Source: Kiritimatiellia bacterium
GTDB lineage: Bacteria; Verrucomicrobiota; Kiritimatiellia; RFP12; JBMNHG01
Direction of reading: 5' to 3'
NCBI GenBank assembly: GCA_050950285.1
Contig: JBMNHG010000006.1
Span: 479,167-535,944 of the forward strand
Length of the DNA: 56,778 nt
This document shows, piece by piece, positions 1-8,542 of the stretch. Made by a program: the position numbers and the translations under genes. The first letter of the stretch is position 1. The number at the start of each line of letters is the position of its first letter. Below the pieces are notes generated by a model. That model did no database searches and was not told where the DNA came from. It saw only the letters and a program-made list of their open reading frames with translations.

Positions 1-658
1 CGAACTCCTCGCGCTCCAGCGTGCCGATCAGATAGGTCCGGAACGCCTCGAAGAAGCCGGCAAGGACGCCGGGCGCCTCCTTCTCCTGCGCGAGCTGCCG
101 GGCGACCACGTCGCGCAGGAAGCGCGTGCGCTTGGCGAGCTCGACGGCCAGCGATTCCGCCGTGAACACCTTCGGAAGCGAGAAACCGAGAAAGCGGTCG
201 AGCAGTTCCCGGAGTTCGTCCGGCCTTTCCATGGGCGGAACCGTGTACAGGCGGGTCAGGACGAACGGCCGCGCCGCGAGGACGGCCTGCACCCGTTCCC
301 CGTTGCGATAGAGGCGGAACTCGAAGAAGTTGGTCAGGATCAGGTTCGGGAACGTTTCGCGGTAGCGGGCGAGTTGCTCCGAATCCTCGATGGCGTCCAG
401 ATTGGTGACGGCCGGATGTTTTGCCTCGACATAGCCGATGATCTTGTCGGTGCCGTTCCACAGGCGGAAATCCGGGTTCCCGGCGTCGGTGGCCTTCGGC
501 AGCATGGTGACGCGGACGGGTTTGCGCCCCGTCTCTTCCGCCACCGCCGCCAGCATGCCGGAGAGCGCGGGATAGAAGCTTTCCTCGCGCGCATCGCCCT
601 GCTGCGCGACGGCGTGCAGCTCGTTGAGGTATGCGGTGAAACGCGCGTCGTCGGTCAT
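1..658 (-). CDS. Type IIG/ISP-like restriction-modification enzyme (N6-adenine methyltransferase/endonuclease), N-terminal part; runs off the window start
   Basis: Not in the ORF track; translated by hand from ATG 658: MTDDARFTAYLNELHAVAQQGDAREESFYPAL...GNPDFRLWNG..IIGYVEAKHP..EQLARYRETFPNLILTNFFEFRLYRNG. PD...ExK nuclease motif and LILTNFxEFRLY segment typical of single-chain RM enzymes; frame open to position 1. Confidence 0.85.
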   Translation of the reverse strand, partial: MTDDARFTAYLNELHAVAQQGDAREESFYPALSGMLAAVAEETGRKPVRVTMLPKATDAGNPDFRLWNGTDKIIGYVEAKHPAVTNLDAIEDSEQLARYRETFPNLILTNFFEFRLYRNGERVQAVLAARPFVLTRLYTVPPMERPDELRELLDRFLGFSLPKVFTAESLAVELAKRTRFLRDVVARQLAQEKEAPGVLAGFFEAFRTYLIGTLEREEF

Positions 659-858
659 CACGGCACATCCTTTCGCGGAGCCTCGCCGGATTTCGGAGTG
701 GCCAGGGCAGTCCCGACGAGGGAGGCCACCCCGTTTGGGATGCTGGCATCCTCTTCCGCCACCCTCGCGCGCAGACGCTTGTGCGTCCCGGGCTTGAGGC
801 GGATATGGATCGGCCTGGTCTCTTTCTGCGAATCCGGTCGCGTTTGTTTCGCGGTCAT
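658..858 (-). CDS. Small ribbon-helix-helix (CopG/Arc-like) DNA-binding protein, 66 aa
   Basis: MTAKQTRP...RPIHIRLKPGTHKRLRARVAEEDASIPNGVASLV shows a strand-helix-helix pattern; AGGAG before ATG 858; TGATG overlap with the RM start. Confidence 0.6.
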   Translation of the reverse strand: MTAKQTRPDSQKETRPIHIRLKPGTHKRLRARVAEEDASIPNGVASLVGTALATPKSGEAPRKDVP

Positions 859-887
859 GCGGCTCTCCTGACGATAGCGCAGGTCGA

Positions 888-916
888 ATCGTAGCCTCGC
901 CAAAGCCCGGCGTCAA
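888..916 (-). promoter_or_regulatory. Sigma70-type promoter for the RHH-RM operon
   Basis: TTGACG-17 nt-TACGAT on the minus strand. Confidence 0.55.
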
Positions 917-1012
917 GCGCCGCGCCGTTTCGCCAATCGCCGTGTATAAGCCTCGCAGGGGACAGGCATGCTTCGCCGCCACACGAGCCCCACGGGAGGG
1001 GCGGAGATGGCG

Positions 1013-4000
1013 CTACTCGGCCTCGATGCGGGGATTGGCCCAGTCCGCCGCGTCGAAACGATTGCCGTCGCCGCCGTCGGTGACGGTCAGGCGCAGGCGT
1101 TTCGCACCGGCGGGGATGGCGAGATCGACGCTCTTTGGCGCATCAAGTCCGGAGACAGGGCCGGAGTCCCAGGCCTTGTCGCCGTCGATCGCGATCTCGA
1201 AGGTGACACTCCCCTTCCCTTCCGTGGCGGCGTCGATGCCGACCTCCGCGCGAAAACGGCGTGCCGCTCCATCCAACGCGTATTCGAGCAAGGAAGGCGC
1301 GAAGACGCCGATGCCGGTATCGTAGTGCGTCGTGTCGATTTGCAACGGGCCTCCGATGACGTTGCGGTCCAGGCGGGGCGCCTCGACCGGCTGGTCGGCG
1401 TGGACCGGGGCCAGCGCGGCCAGCGGGAGGGGCTCGTCGGCGCTCCAGGCGCAAGCCGTCCAGCGCACGCGGTTCCCTCCTTCGGGATAAGCCATGCGGA
1501 TGCGGACGGTTTCCTTGCCTGGAACCGGGTCCGGGGGGATTGCGATCCAAGCACCGCGGAGACCGCCGGAAAGGACAGGGTCGGTGCGGTGGAGGTCCAG
1601 AACGCCCACGGGCGTATCGTCCGCGAAGAGTTCGATGGTTTGCCCGTCGAAGAACTCGCCGGCCGTGGATTCGGGATTGGGGCCGTCCAGCCACCAGTCG
1701 GCACGCAACAGGAGGCCTTGACCCGCCGGGACGGGCACATCGAAATGTTCGGAGCCGCCCGGCGCGAAGGCGACGCCATCGGCCTGGACGGGGTCGCCCA
1801 GGAAGTCGAGCCCCTGGAATCGCGCGGGGACAGCCCCCTTCGTCGCGACCCGCGCGTCGTCCGCACCTTCCCAGACACCGAGGATCCGCTGGGCCCAGGA
1901 TTGCGATCCGTCCATCTCGGAGAGGCGGGCGAGACGCAACGCTGCAACCAGGTCCTCCGCCGCCGCACCCTCCGCGGCGAAGTGGAACAACAGGGGCATG
2001 GCGCCGATGGCGTAGCGGTCGGAGTCGTCGCGCAAGGCGGCAGACCCCAGCAGATCGACGGATTCCACCGGGGCCTTCCCCGTGGGTGTGAAATCGAGCC
2101 AGGCCTGGCCTTCCGTCCGCCACACGGCGGCGGTGGCGCGGCCGTCGGGCTGGCGGAAGAGATGGCAGCGGGTCCGGCCAACGCGGGTGTCCGCAAGATC
2201 GAGGATCGCCTCGGGGCGAAGGCCTTCCGGGAGCGCGGCGCGAAGGCGGGCGAGCGCCACCCAGGCGGGCTTCACCTGCAGCACCTCGCCCCGAACGTCC
2301 ATCGGCGTACAGAGGCGGCGGGTGCGGTAGAGGAGGCCGAAGCCAACGCGATCGAAGTCGACGTTGAAAAGCGTGGGTTCCGTGGCGAATCCTTCGGCTC
2401 CGAAAAGAAGCGCGACGCGAGCGAGGTAGGCGGCCTGCTCCATCACGTCGAGACTGCCGGGGCCTTCGTGCTCCACGGCCCAATCGAGTTCGGGCATGTA
2501 GAGGCTTTTCGTCTCTCCAAGCGCATTCGTGCCCATCGCATCGCGAATCGCGGAAGCCTGGGCCACGAGGCGGGAATCCTCGGGGGAGCTCCGGCCGGGG
2601 TCGAGACGCAGCTGCACGCCATCCACGCAGTCCAGGGCGTTGGAGGCGCAGAGAACCTCGAGGTAGTCCACGCCGGTCTCGGGGGTGAGCCCGCCGAGCA
2701 GAAGCGGGGGTTTCGAATCGTAGAAGCGACGCCAATAGCCGATCCGGCCGAGCATGCCCGCAAGGCGGCCGGCCTCGACGTGAAGGGGGCCCGGTGCGTC
2801 CGGCGAATTCCAGAGAATCCAGCCGGCGACGTCGTCGGAAAGATTGCGGATCACATTGCGGACATACGAATCCCAGTCCTCGAGGCGCTCGGGCGTCATG
2901 AACACGTCCACGCCGTGTCCGATGTCGCGCTGCCGACGGTGGAAGGCGTTGGCCTGGACGCCCTCGTATCCCTCTCCGGCGGCCCAATAGGCGCAGTATC
3001 CGAGGAGGAACCACGGCGCGCCGCCCCGGTCGGCCACCACTTGGATGCGGCGGCGCGACGTGACGTCCTGGTAGTTGCCGGGGTAGTATTCGATCCAGTC
3101 CCAGTCGTCGTCGACCAGTTCGAAGAGGCAGCCCACCGGCGCGCGCAACGTCCAGGGATCGCGAAGACGCTCTTCGGCGTCCGGTCCCAGCAGGGACTCT
3201 GCGGGAGCCACCACCAAATCCCGCACAAGGCTTGCGGAGGAAGCCGCGTCGGCGCCCATGCGGAGGCGGGCCTGATAGACGCCTTCGGGGAGGGACTCGA
3301 CCAGCGGGAGTTCGACCTTTGTGCAGGGGTCGAGTTCGACGGTCTCGTCGCGGCCCGCCACGCGGCGGCCGCGCCAGTCGTAGATGCCGCCGGAAAAGGA
3401 GACCGTGCGCCGCACGGCGTCGTCGTTCCAAACGCGCACGGAAAGCGGGGAGCCCGGCTCGCGGAGGTTGCTCTCGGAGGGCTCGGCGAAGGCGACGCCC
3501 GTGCGCTGCCCGGCGGGGAGATGCGTCTCCACCCGGATGTCGTCCACCACAAGCTCGCCGGAGGCGGCGGAGGCGGAGAGTGGCGGCATGGCCGCCAGAT
3601 GCAGGCCGAGCGGGTAGCTGGGCACGAAGCTTTCGATCGTGATGGCGGAGGAGCGGTCGCCCGGAATCGGCGGAAGGAGGAATTCAAGCTGCTTCCAGCC
3701 CGTCCAATCCACGGCGACCACGGGGGAGCCGCCGTCGGCGCCCCGCACGTTGAGAAAGTCCCAGGAGCCGTGGGTCACCCCCTTGCTGATCCCCACCTGG
3801 TCGGCGACGGCGGGGAAGAAACGCGCGCCGGAGCCGTCGCCGTGAAGCCATAGCGAAAGACGCACGGGCTCCCCAGGCAGATCCGGCGGGATGGAAACGA
3901 AGGCGGTGGGGGCGTTCGTAGACCACGGGATCGCGAGGGCGCCCGTACCGGAATGAACCGGCGAGGCCACGCGGCGGGGACGAAGGGCAGCCTCCTCGGA

Positions 4001-5959
4001 ACGCTTCGGCGTGCCGGAGGCTTCCAGGAGAAGAATGCCGGAGTCATCCTCGAAATCGCCTTGGAGATGACGGCTGTCCGGGCGCGCGAAAACCAACTCC
4101 CGCTCGATTCCGGCGGAAGCGTCGATGACCGGCGCGAAGGTGGCGCGCAAGGCGATGGGCCCCGTTGTGGCGGCTGCGGCGTCGGCGTGGGGCCGGAGGT
4201 CGACCGGAAGCAAGCGGATTTCGCCGGGCGCGAGCGAAAGCGTCGTCTCGCCCGACGCGAAGGATGCGCCGGCGGCGTCGCGAAGCGACCAGATGAAGCG
4301 GAAGTCGCGGGTCTTGGCGAGGGAGCCGTTTTGCACGACGGCATGCGCCTCGCCGCACTCCGCCCAGAAGAGGTCGGGGGAATCGGCCCCCAGGAAGAGC
4401 GCCTGTGCTTCGGAAGCGGGCTGCTGCGTGAACGCCACGATGGGCCCGAACGCCACGGCGACCGACTCGGGCGCAGGCGGCGCCTCCGTCGCGCCTTCGG
4501 GGACGGGACGGGGCGGGATGCGTCCGATCCGGAACCCCGCCAGTTCGATGGGGCCATCGACATCGGGCGTCGAACCCTTCGGCGTATGCTGGAGAATCCC
4601 GCCACCGGGAAGATCCACCTCGATGAAACGCCAGTCGTCAAAGTCCAGACGGCAGAGCAGGGGCTCGTCGTGGACACGCTTCCAGCCGCCCGACCAATAG
4701 TCGGCCATGTCGCTGAAATCGTGGAAAACGGCATGGAGCGGTGCACCGGAGCCGTCGCCACGCACCCAAATGCCGCAGCGAACGGCATCGCCCGGAAGAT
4801 AGCGCGTGGCCATCGGACGGTAGTTGAAGACCGCGCCGGGGCCGCGCGATTCGACCTGCAGCGCAAAGGGGGCTGCCGGGGCGTTCGATGCCGCCGGATC
4901 GATGGGCACGCGGCGCACGGTCGACGAGTCGGGCGGATAGGGCGAGAAGCGATAGGCTTCGCTTTCCGTGTAGCGCCAGATTTCGTTCGCTGCGTCGCAG
5001 CTCCGCGTGCCCCACGAACCCGCCACGTCCGCGAAGAGCTCGAAGGCGGTACAAGCGTTCGGCACGACCACCTGGCGGTCGAGACGCGTGGCGGCGGAGG
5101 GAACGTCCGACGACATCGCGTCGCCTTGGGCGCGATAGGGGGGCGTAAAGGGCGACAGGTCGGGCGGAGCCGCATCCAGCAGGCGCTCGAGGGAATCGCC
5201 GGGATTCAACACGACCTCTTCGTCGAGCGAACCGACGGGATTCTCGTTGCGGTCGACGAGCGACAGGCGTATGCGGCAGCGGATCTCCTCGCGGGTGAAG
5301 TTCCGGAGGTCGATCCAGCCCATCGGCCTGCCATCCGAATCCGCCACATCCATGTCGAAGGCGGCGGGGATGGTCCCCGAATCCGGGACAAAGCGCACGT
5401 CGTCGAGGGCGAAGCAGGAATCGGGACGCCCGCGCGGATGAAGGCGCACCGTGCGGAGGAAGATCCGGTGGCCCGGAGGGGGTCCGTCGATGTGCCAGGC
5501 GTATTCGCGCCATCCCTCGAAGTCCAGTATCAGCGTTTCGGGGATGATTTCGCGTTGATCGGGGTAGTGCCGGTTCCCGTGTTCGTCCGTGTGCGGGCGA
5601 TATTGCCAGAGAATGATTTGAAGGTGGTTGGTCGAGCTGTCGCCGCGGACCCAGAGCTTCACCGTGCCGGGTCCGCTTGCCGGGATGGCGCGTGGATTCC
5701 ACAGGCGCTTCTCCACGGGATAGCCCCGGTTCTCGCCCCACGTGTAGCGGAACTCGCCGCAGGCGAAGCCAACGGCGGGGTCGTTGGTGGAAACCGTCGA
5801 GGCCAGCGCACCGTCGCCGCGGAATTCGCGGTTGAAATTCTCGACCAGGGAATGAGGCGTGGCGTCCGGCTTCGCGGCGCCGGAAACGGCGGGCGACAGC
5901 CCCGCCGCGACGCCGAGCGACAGGATGCAGATCGACAAGAGGGACCGGAACAGGCTCAT
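1013..5959 (-). CDS. Large secreted multidomain carbohydrate-binding protein: three CBM-like repeats, clan GH-A (GH39-like) barrel, C-terminal NPCBM/NEW2 domain; 1648 aa
   Basis: Signal peptide MSLFRSLLSICILSLGVAAG; W(V/L)xGDxS...D(F/W)xxW motif three times; WILWNSPD and LYMPELDW segments; C-terminal GIGVFAPS..YAL..RFRAEVGID..GSVTFEI.IDG..LRLTVTDGGDGN.FD.ADWANP. Confidence 0.75.
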   Translation of the reverse strand: MSLFRSLLSICILSLGVAAGLSPAVSGAAKPDATPHSLVENFNREFRGDGALASTVSTNDPAVGFACGEFRYTWGENRGYPVEKRLWNPRAIPASGPGTVKLWVRGDSSTNHLQIILWQYRPHTDEHGNRHYPDQREIIPETLILDFEGWREYAWHIDGPPPGHRIFLRTVRLHPRGRPDSCFALDDVRFVPDSGTIPAAFDMDVADSDGRPMGWIDLRNFTREEIRCRIRLSLVDRNENPVGSLDEEVVLNPGDSLERLLDAAPPDLSPFTPPYRAQGDAMSSDVPSAATRLDRQVVVPNACTAFELFADVAGSWGTRSCDAANEIWRYTESEAYRFSPYPPDSSTVRRVPIDPAASNAPAAPFALQVESRGPGAVFNYRPMATRYLPGDAVRCGIWVRGDGSGAPLHAVFHDFSDMADYWSGGWKRVHDEPLLCRLDFDDWRFIEVDLPGGGILQHTPKGSTPDVDGPIELAGFRIGRIPPRPVPEGATEAPPAPESVAVAFGPIVAFTQQPASEAQALFLGADSPDLFWAECGEAHAVVQNGSLAKTRDFRFIWSLRDAAGASFASGETTLSLAPGEIRLLPVDLRPHADAAAATTGPIALRATFAPVIDASAGIERELVFARPDSRHLQGDFEDDSGILLLEASGTPKRSEEAALRPRRVASPVHSGTGALAIPWSTNAPTAFVSIPPDLPGEPVRLSLWLHGDGSGARFFPAVADQVGISKGVTHGSWDFLNVRGADGGSPVVAVDWTGWKQLEFLLPPIPGDRSSAITIESFVPSYPLGLHLAAMPPLSASAASGELVVDDIRVETHLPAGQRTGVAFAEPSESNLREPGSPLSVRVWNDDAVRRTVSFSGGIYDWRGRRVAGRDETVELDPCTKVELPLVESLPEGVYQARLRMGADAASSASLVRDLVVAPAESLLGPDAEERLRDPWTLRAPVGCLFELVDDDWDWIEYYPGNYQDVTSRRRIQVVADRGGAPWFLLGYCAYWAAGEGYEGVQANAFHRRQRDIGHGVDVFMTPERLEDWDSYVRNVIRNLSDDVAGWILWNSPDAPGPLHVEAGRLAGMLGRIGYWRRFYDSKPPLLLGGLTPETGVDYLEVLCASNALDCVDGVQLRLDPGRSSPEDSRLVAQASAIRDAMGTNALGETKSLYMPELDWAVEHEGPGSLDVMEQAAYLARVALLFGAEGFATEPTLFNVDFDRVGFGLLYRTRRLCTPMDVRGEVLQVKPAWVALARLRAALPEGLRPEAILDLADTRVGRTRCHLFRQPDGRATAAVWRTEGQAWLDFTPTGKAPVESVDLLGSAALRDDSDRYAIGAMPLLFHFAAEGAAAEDLVAALRLARLSEMDGSQSWAQRILGVWEGADDARVATKGAVPARFQGLDFLGDPVQADGVAFAPGGSEHFDVPVPAGQGLLLRADWWLDGPNPESTAGEFFDGQTIELFADDTPVGVLDLHRTDPVLSGGLRGAWIAIPPDPVPGKETVRIRMAYPEGGNRVRWTACAWSADEPLPLAALAPVHADQPVEAPRLDRNVIGGPLQIDTTHYDTGIGVFAPSLLEYALDGAARRFRAEVGIDAATEGKGSVTFEIAIDGDKAWDSGPVSGLDAPKSVDLAIPAGAKRLRLTVTDGGDGNRFDAADWANPRIEAE

Positions 5960-6064
5960 GGGACAATCCCCCGCGCACGATTCATGCCGAAACCCGGCCA
6001 TCCGGGGGGACAGGCCGATTGCGGCTGGAGGCGGCATGGGCGGCTGCTTCCCGGTGCGCGGGGG

Positions 6065-8542
6065 CTACTCCAGCCCGCGCTCCAGGCTGCCGGGATGGAA
6101 GGGGAAACCCGTCCGGCCGGCGCGCAGGTCCTTCCAGAACGCCTGCCGCGTTTCAGGCGGGAGGGGGAACCAGCGGAAATCGGCACGGAAATGGGAGAGG
6201 CCCGCGGCGCGCAGGCGCGGCAGGAAACCGGCCGCGCTGAAGGGGCGTTCGTCGACCGTCACCGCGTACGAACCTCGCATGAAGGTGCGGAGGAAGCGGC
6301 CTCGCCGGTCCTCGAAGCGGACTCCCTCCCGCGGCCACGTACTCGGTTCCGCTTGGCCGGGATTCAGCAGAGGGGGCGTTTCCGCGAGAAAGAGCGGCGT
6401 GTGCTGGAAGAGGAGGACGTCGCCTGCGGGAGCGGATGGACCATGGGAAAGCAGGTTCGCGAGGTCGTCCTCGGCGGAGGTCGCGATGCGGGAGATGCCC
6501 CATTCCGTAAACTGGGCCTTCGCGATGCGGTTCAAGGCGGTCAACGGCGCGTCGGCGGTGAGGGAGTGCACACGCCCCTCCCCCAGCGAGCTCAGCAGGG
6601 AAAGCCCGGCGAGATCGGCGCATTCGAAGTGACGCCAGCCTTCGTCGGCCAGATCGCGGACGGTCCGGGCGAGGAGGTCCCACCCGCCATCGCGCGCGAG
6701 CGGGGGAAGCGCGAGCCGGAGGGCGTCGACGCCGCAGGACCTCCGCCACGCGGACAGCGCCGGCCGAATGCGCGTCCACTCCGAAAAGCCGAGTTCGAGG
6801 ATGATTTCATCGGCATCCGGGAAGGCTTGCGGCGCGTCGGCGGCATCGAGTTTGACGGACCAATGCCCGGTGCGGGCGGATTCGGGCGGGAGCGGGCGGA
6901 GCATCTCCGAAAGCGCCGCCTTGCGCGACGACTCCGCAACGGCGGCGGACTCGTCGTCCGCGGCGTCGAGGCGTTGCGCGAGTTCGCGGCGCGCCTCGTT
7001 CAGCCGGGAGGCGGGGAGGAAGCGGCCTTCGGGGTCGTCGACCGCAAGCGAACCCAGCGTCCACCGCGTTCCGCCCAGGCGTTCGAAGGCCTTGCGGATG
7101 GCGTTTCCGGTCGCTTCGGGCTGGCGCGCCGCGTCGAGCGGCCCGGGGATGTCGACGGCCGCGAAAAGCGGCGCGCCGTTTTTTGCGCGATCCGGCGCGG
7201 CGGCCTCCAGGCGCGCGCCTGCCCCGGAGAGGGCGGCATGGAGGGCGATGGGGCGCGGCGGGGCTTCGCGGGGGGCTTTCAAGCCAACCTTGAAGGCGCG
7301 CTCCACGGCGACGGAGGAGTTGCAGAAAACCGGGGCGTGTCCGGGGAGGCGCGGCGCATCCGGAGGCAGGCCCACCTCCACGACGGCGTCCGCCGGGGTG
7401 CCGGTGCGGAGGCGGGAGGGGTTCGAGGCGAGGCGCAAGCGGAGGACGGGGAAGCCGTAGGGGCGCGATTCGCCCGGTAGAACCACCTGGAGGCCGTCGT
7501 GGCGTTCCAGGGCGCGTGAAGAACGGAAGCGAAGCCAGACGCCGCCACGCTCGCGGCGGACCGCTTCGACACGTCCCACGAGGGTGCCGCGGTGGCCCAC
7601 GGCGGAGGCGTCCATCACGGCGGAGGCGGGGGCGCGGCCCCGGATGTGGAGCGTGGTGGCCGGGCGGCTGAAAAGGGTTTGGAGGTCGGCAAAGCGGGCT
7701 GCTTCCTCGCCGGGGGAGAGTGCGCCGTCGAGCTTGCGCCGGTAGAGATCGGTTACCGCGGCCACGTAGGCCGGGCTCTTCATCCGGCCCTCGATTTTGA
7801 GGCAGGCGACCCCTGCGGCGACGAGATCGGGAACGAGGGGGAGGAGGGCGAGGTCGCGCATGGAGAAATGCGGGCGGGGGGCGTCGCCGCCGTCGCGCAG
7901 GAAATTCTCGCGGCAGCAGTAGGCGCAGCGCCCGCGGTTGCCGCTCCGTCCCGATGCGTGGGACGAGAAGAGACAGAGTCCGCTGTAGCTGTAGCAGAGG
8001 GCGCCGTGGGCGAAGACCTCGATTTCGGTGTCCGAGTCCCGCGCAATGGAGGCAATGGCGGAAAGGGGGAGTTCGCGGGCGAGCACCACGCGGGAGAAAC
8101 CCAGATCGCGCGCGGCGAGGACGCCGGCCAGATTGTGGACGGCCATTTGCGTGCTGGCGTGGAGGACGAGGTCCGGAAAGAAGTGCCGGGCGAGGCGCAC
8201 GATGGCGGGATCCTGCACGATCACGGCATCGGCGCGGGCTTCGGAAACGGCGGCGAGCGCGTCCAGCGCGGCGGGGAGATCCGCGTCGCGGAGGAGGGTG
8301 TTCAGGGTGACGTAGACGGATCGGCGGGGCGTCATCGAGTGCGCCAGAGCCGTCAGTCCCGCGAGTTCGCCGGGGGAGAAATTCACGGCGTCGGCGCGCG
8401 CGGAGAGGGTGCGAAGGCCGAGGTACACCGCATCGGCGCCATACTGGAACGCCGCACAGGCGGCCTCTGGGGATCCGGCGGGGGAGAGCAATTCCACGCG
8501 CCGGGCGCGGGATGGCGCGGAACGCTGGAGGGGAGGCGTCAT
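6065..8542 (-). CDS. Peptidase U32 family protein (long RlhA-like form, probable RNA hydroxylation), 825 aa
   Basis: ELLSPAG, GADAVYLG, HASTQ, LARELP, HGALCYSYSGLC...NRGRCAYCCR, KIEGRMK. Start ATG 8542 overlaps the kinase stop (ATGA); the upstream part of the 1500-aa ORF-track entry is a shadow frame. Confidence 0.88.
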   Translation of the reverse strand: MTPPLQRSAPSRARRVELLSPAGSPEAACAAFQYGADAVYLGLRTLSARADAVNFSPGELAGLTALAHSMTPRRSVYVTLNTLLRDADLPAALDALAAVSEARADAVIVQDPAIVRLARHFFPDLVLHASTQMAVHNLAGVLAARDLGFSRVVLARELPLSAIASIARDSDTEIEVFAHGALCYSYSGLCLFSSHASGRSGNRGRCAYCCRENFLRDGGDAPRPHFSMRDLALLPLVPDLVAAGVACLKIEGRMKSPAYVAAVTDLYRRKLDGALSPGEEAARFADLQTLFSRPATTLHIRGRAPASAVMDASAVGHRGTLVGRVEAVRRERGGVWLRFRSSRALERHDGLQVVLPGESRPYGFPVLRLRLASNPSRLRTGTPADAVVEVGLPPDAPRLPGHAPVFCNSSVAVERAFKVGLKAPREAPPRPIALHAALSGAGARLEAAAPDRAKNGAPLFAAVDIPGPLDAARQPEATGNAIRKAFERLGGTRWTLGSLAVDDPEGRFLPASRLNEARRELAQRLDAADDESAAVAESSRKAALSEMLRPLPPESARTGHWSVKLDAADAPQAFPDADEIILELGFSEWTRIRPALSAWRRSCGVDALRLALPPLARDGGWDLLARTVRDLADEGWRHFECADLAGLSLLSSLGEGRVHSLTADAPLTALNRIAKAQFTEWGISRIATSAEDDLANLLSHGPSAPAGDVLLFQHTPLFLAETPPLLNPGQAEPSTWPREGVRFEDRRGRFLRTFMRGSYAVTVDERPFSAAGFLPRLRAAGLSHFRADFRWFPLPPETRQAFWKDLRAGRTGFPFHPGSLERGLE

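Noticed and set aside
968..7480. Long plus-strand ORFs 968..3853 and 3953..7480
   Set aside because: Antisense shadows of real minus-strand genes in high-GC DNA; no recognisable motifs
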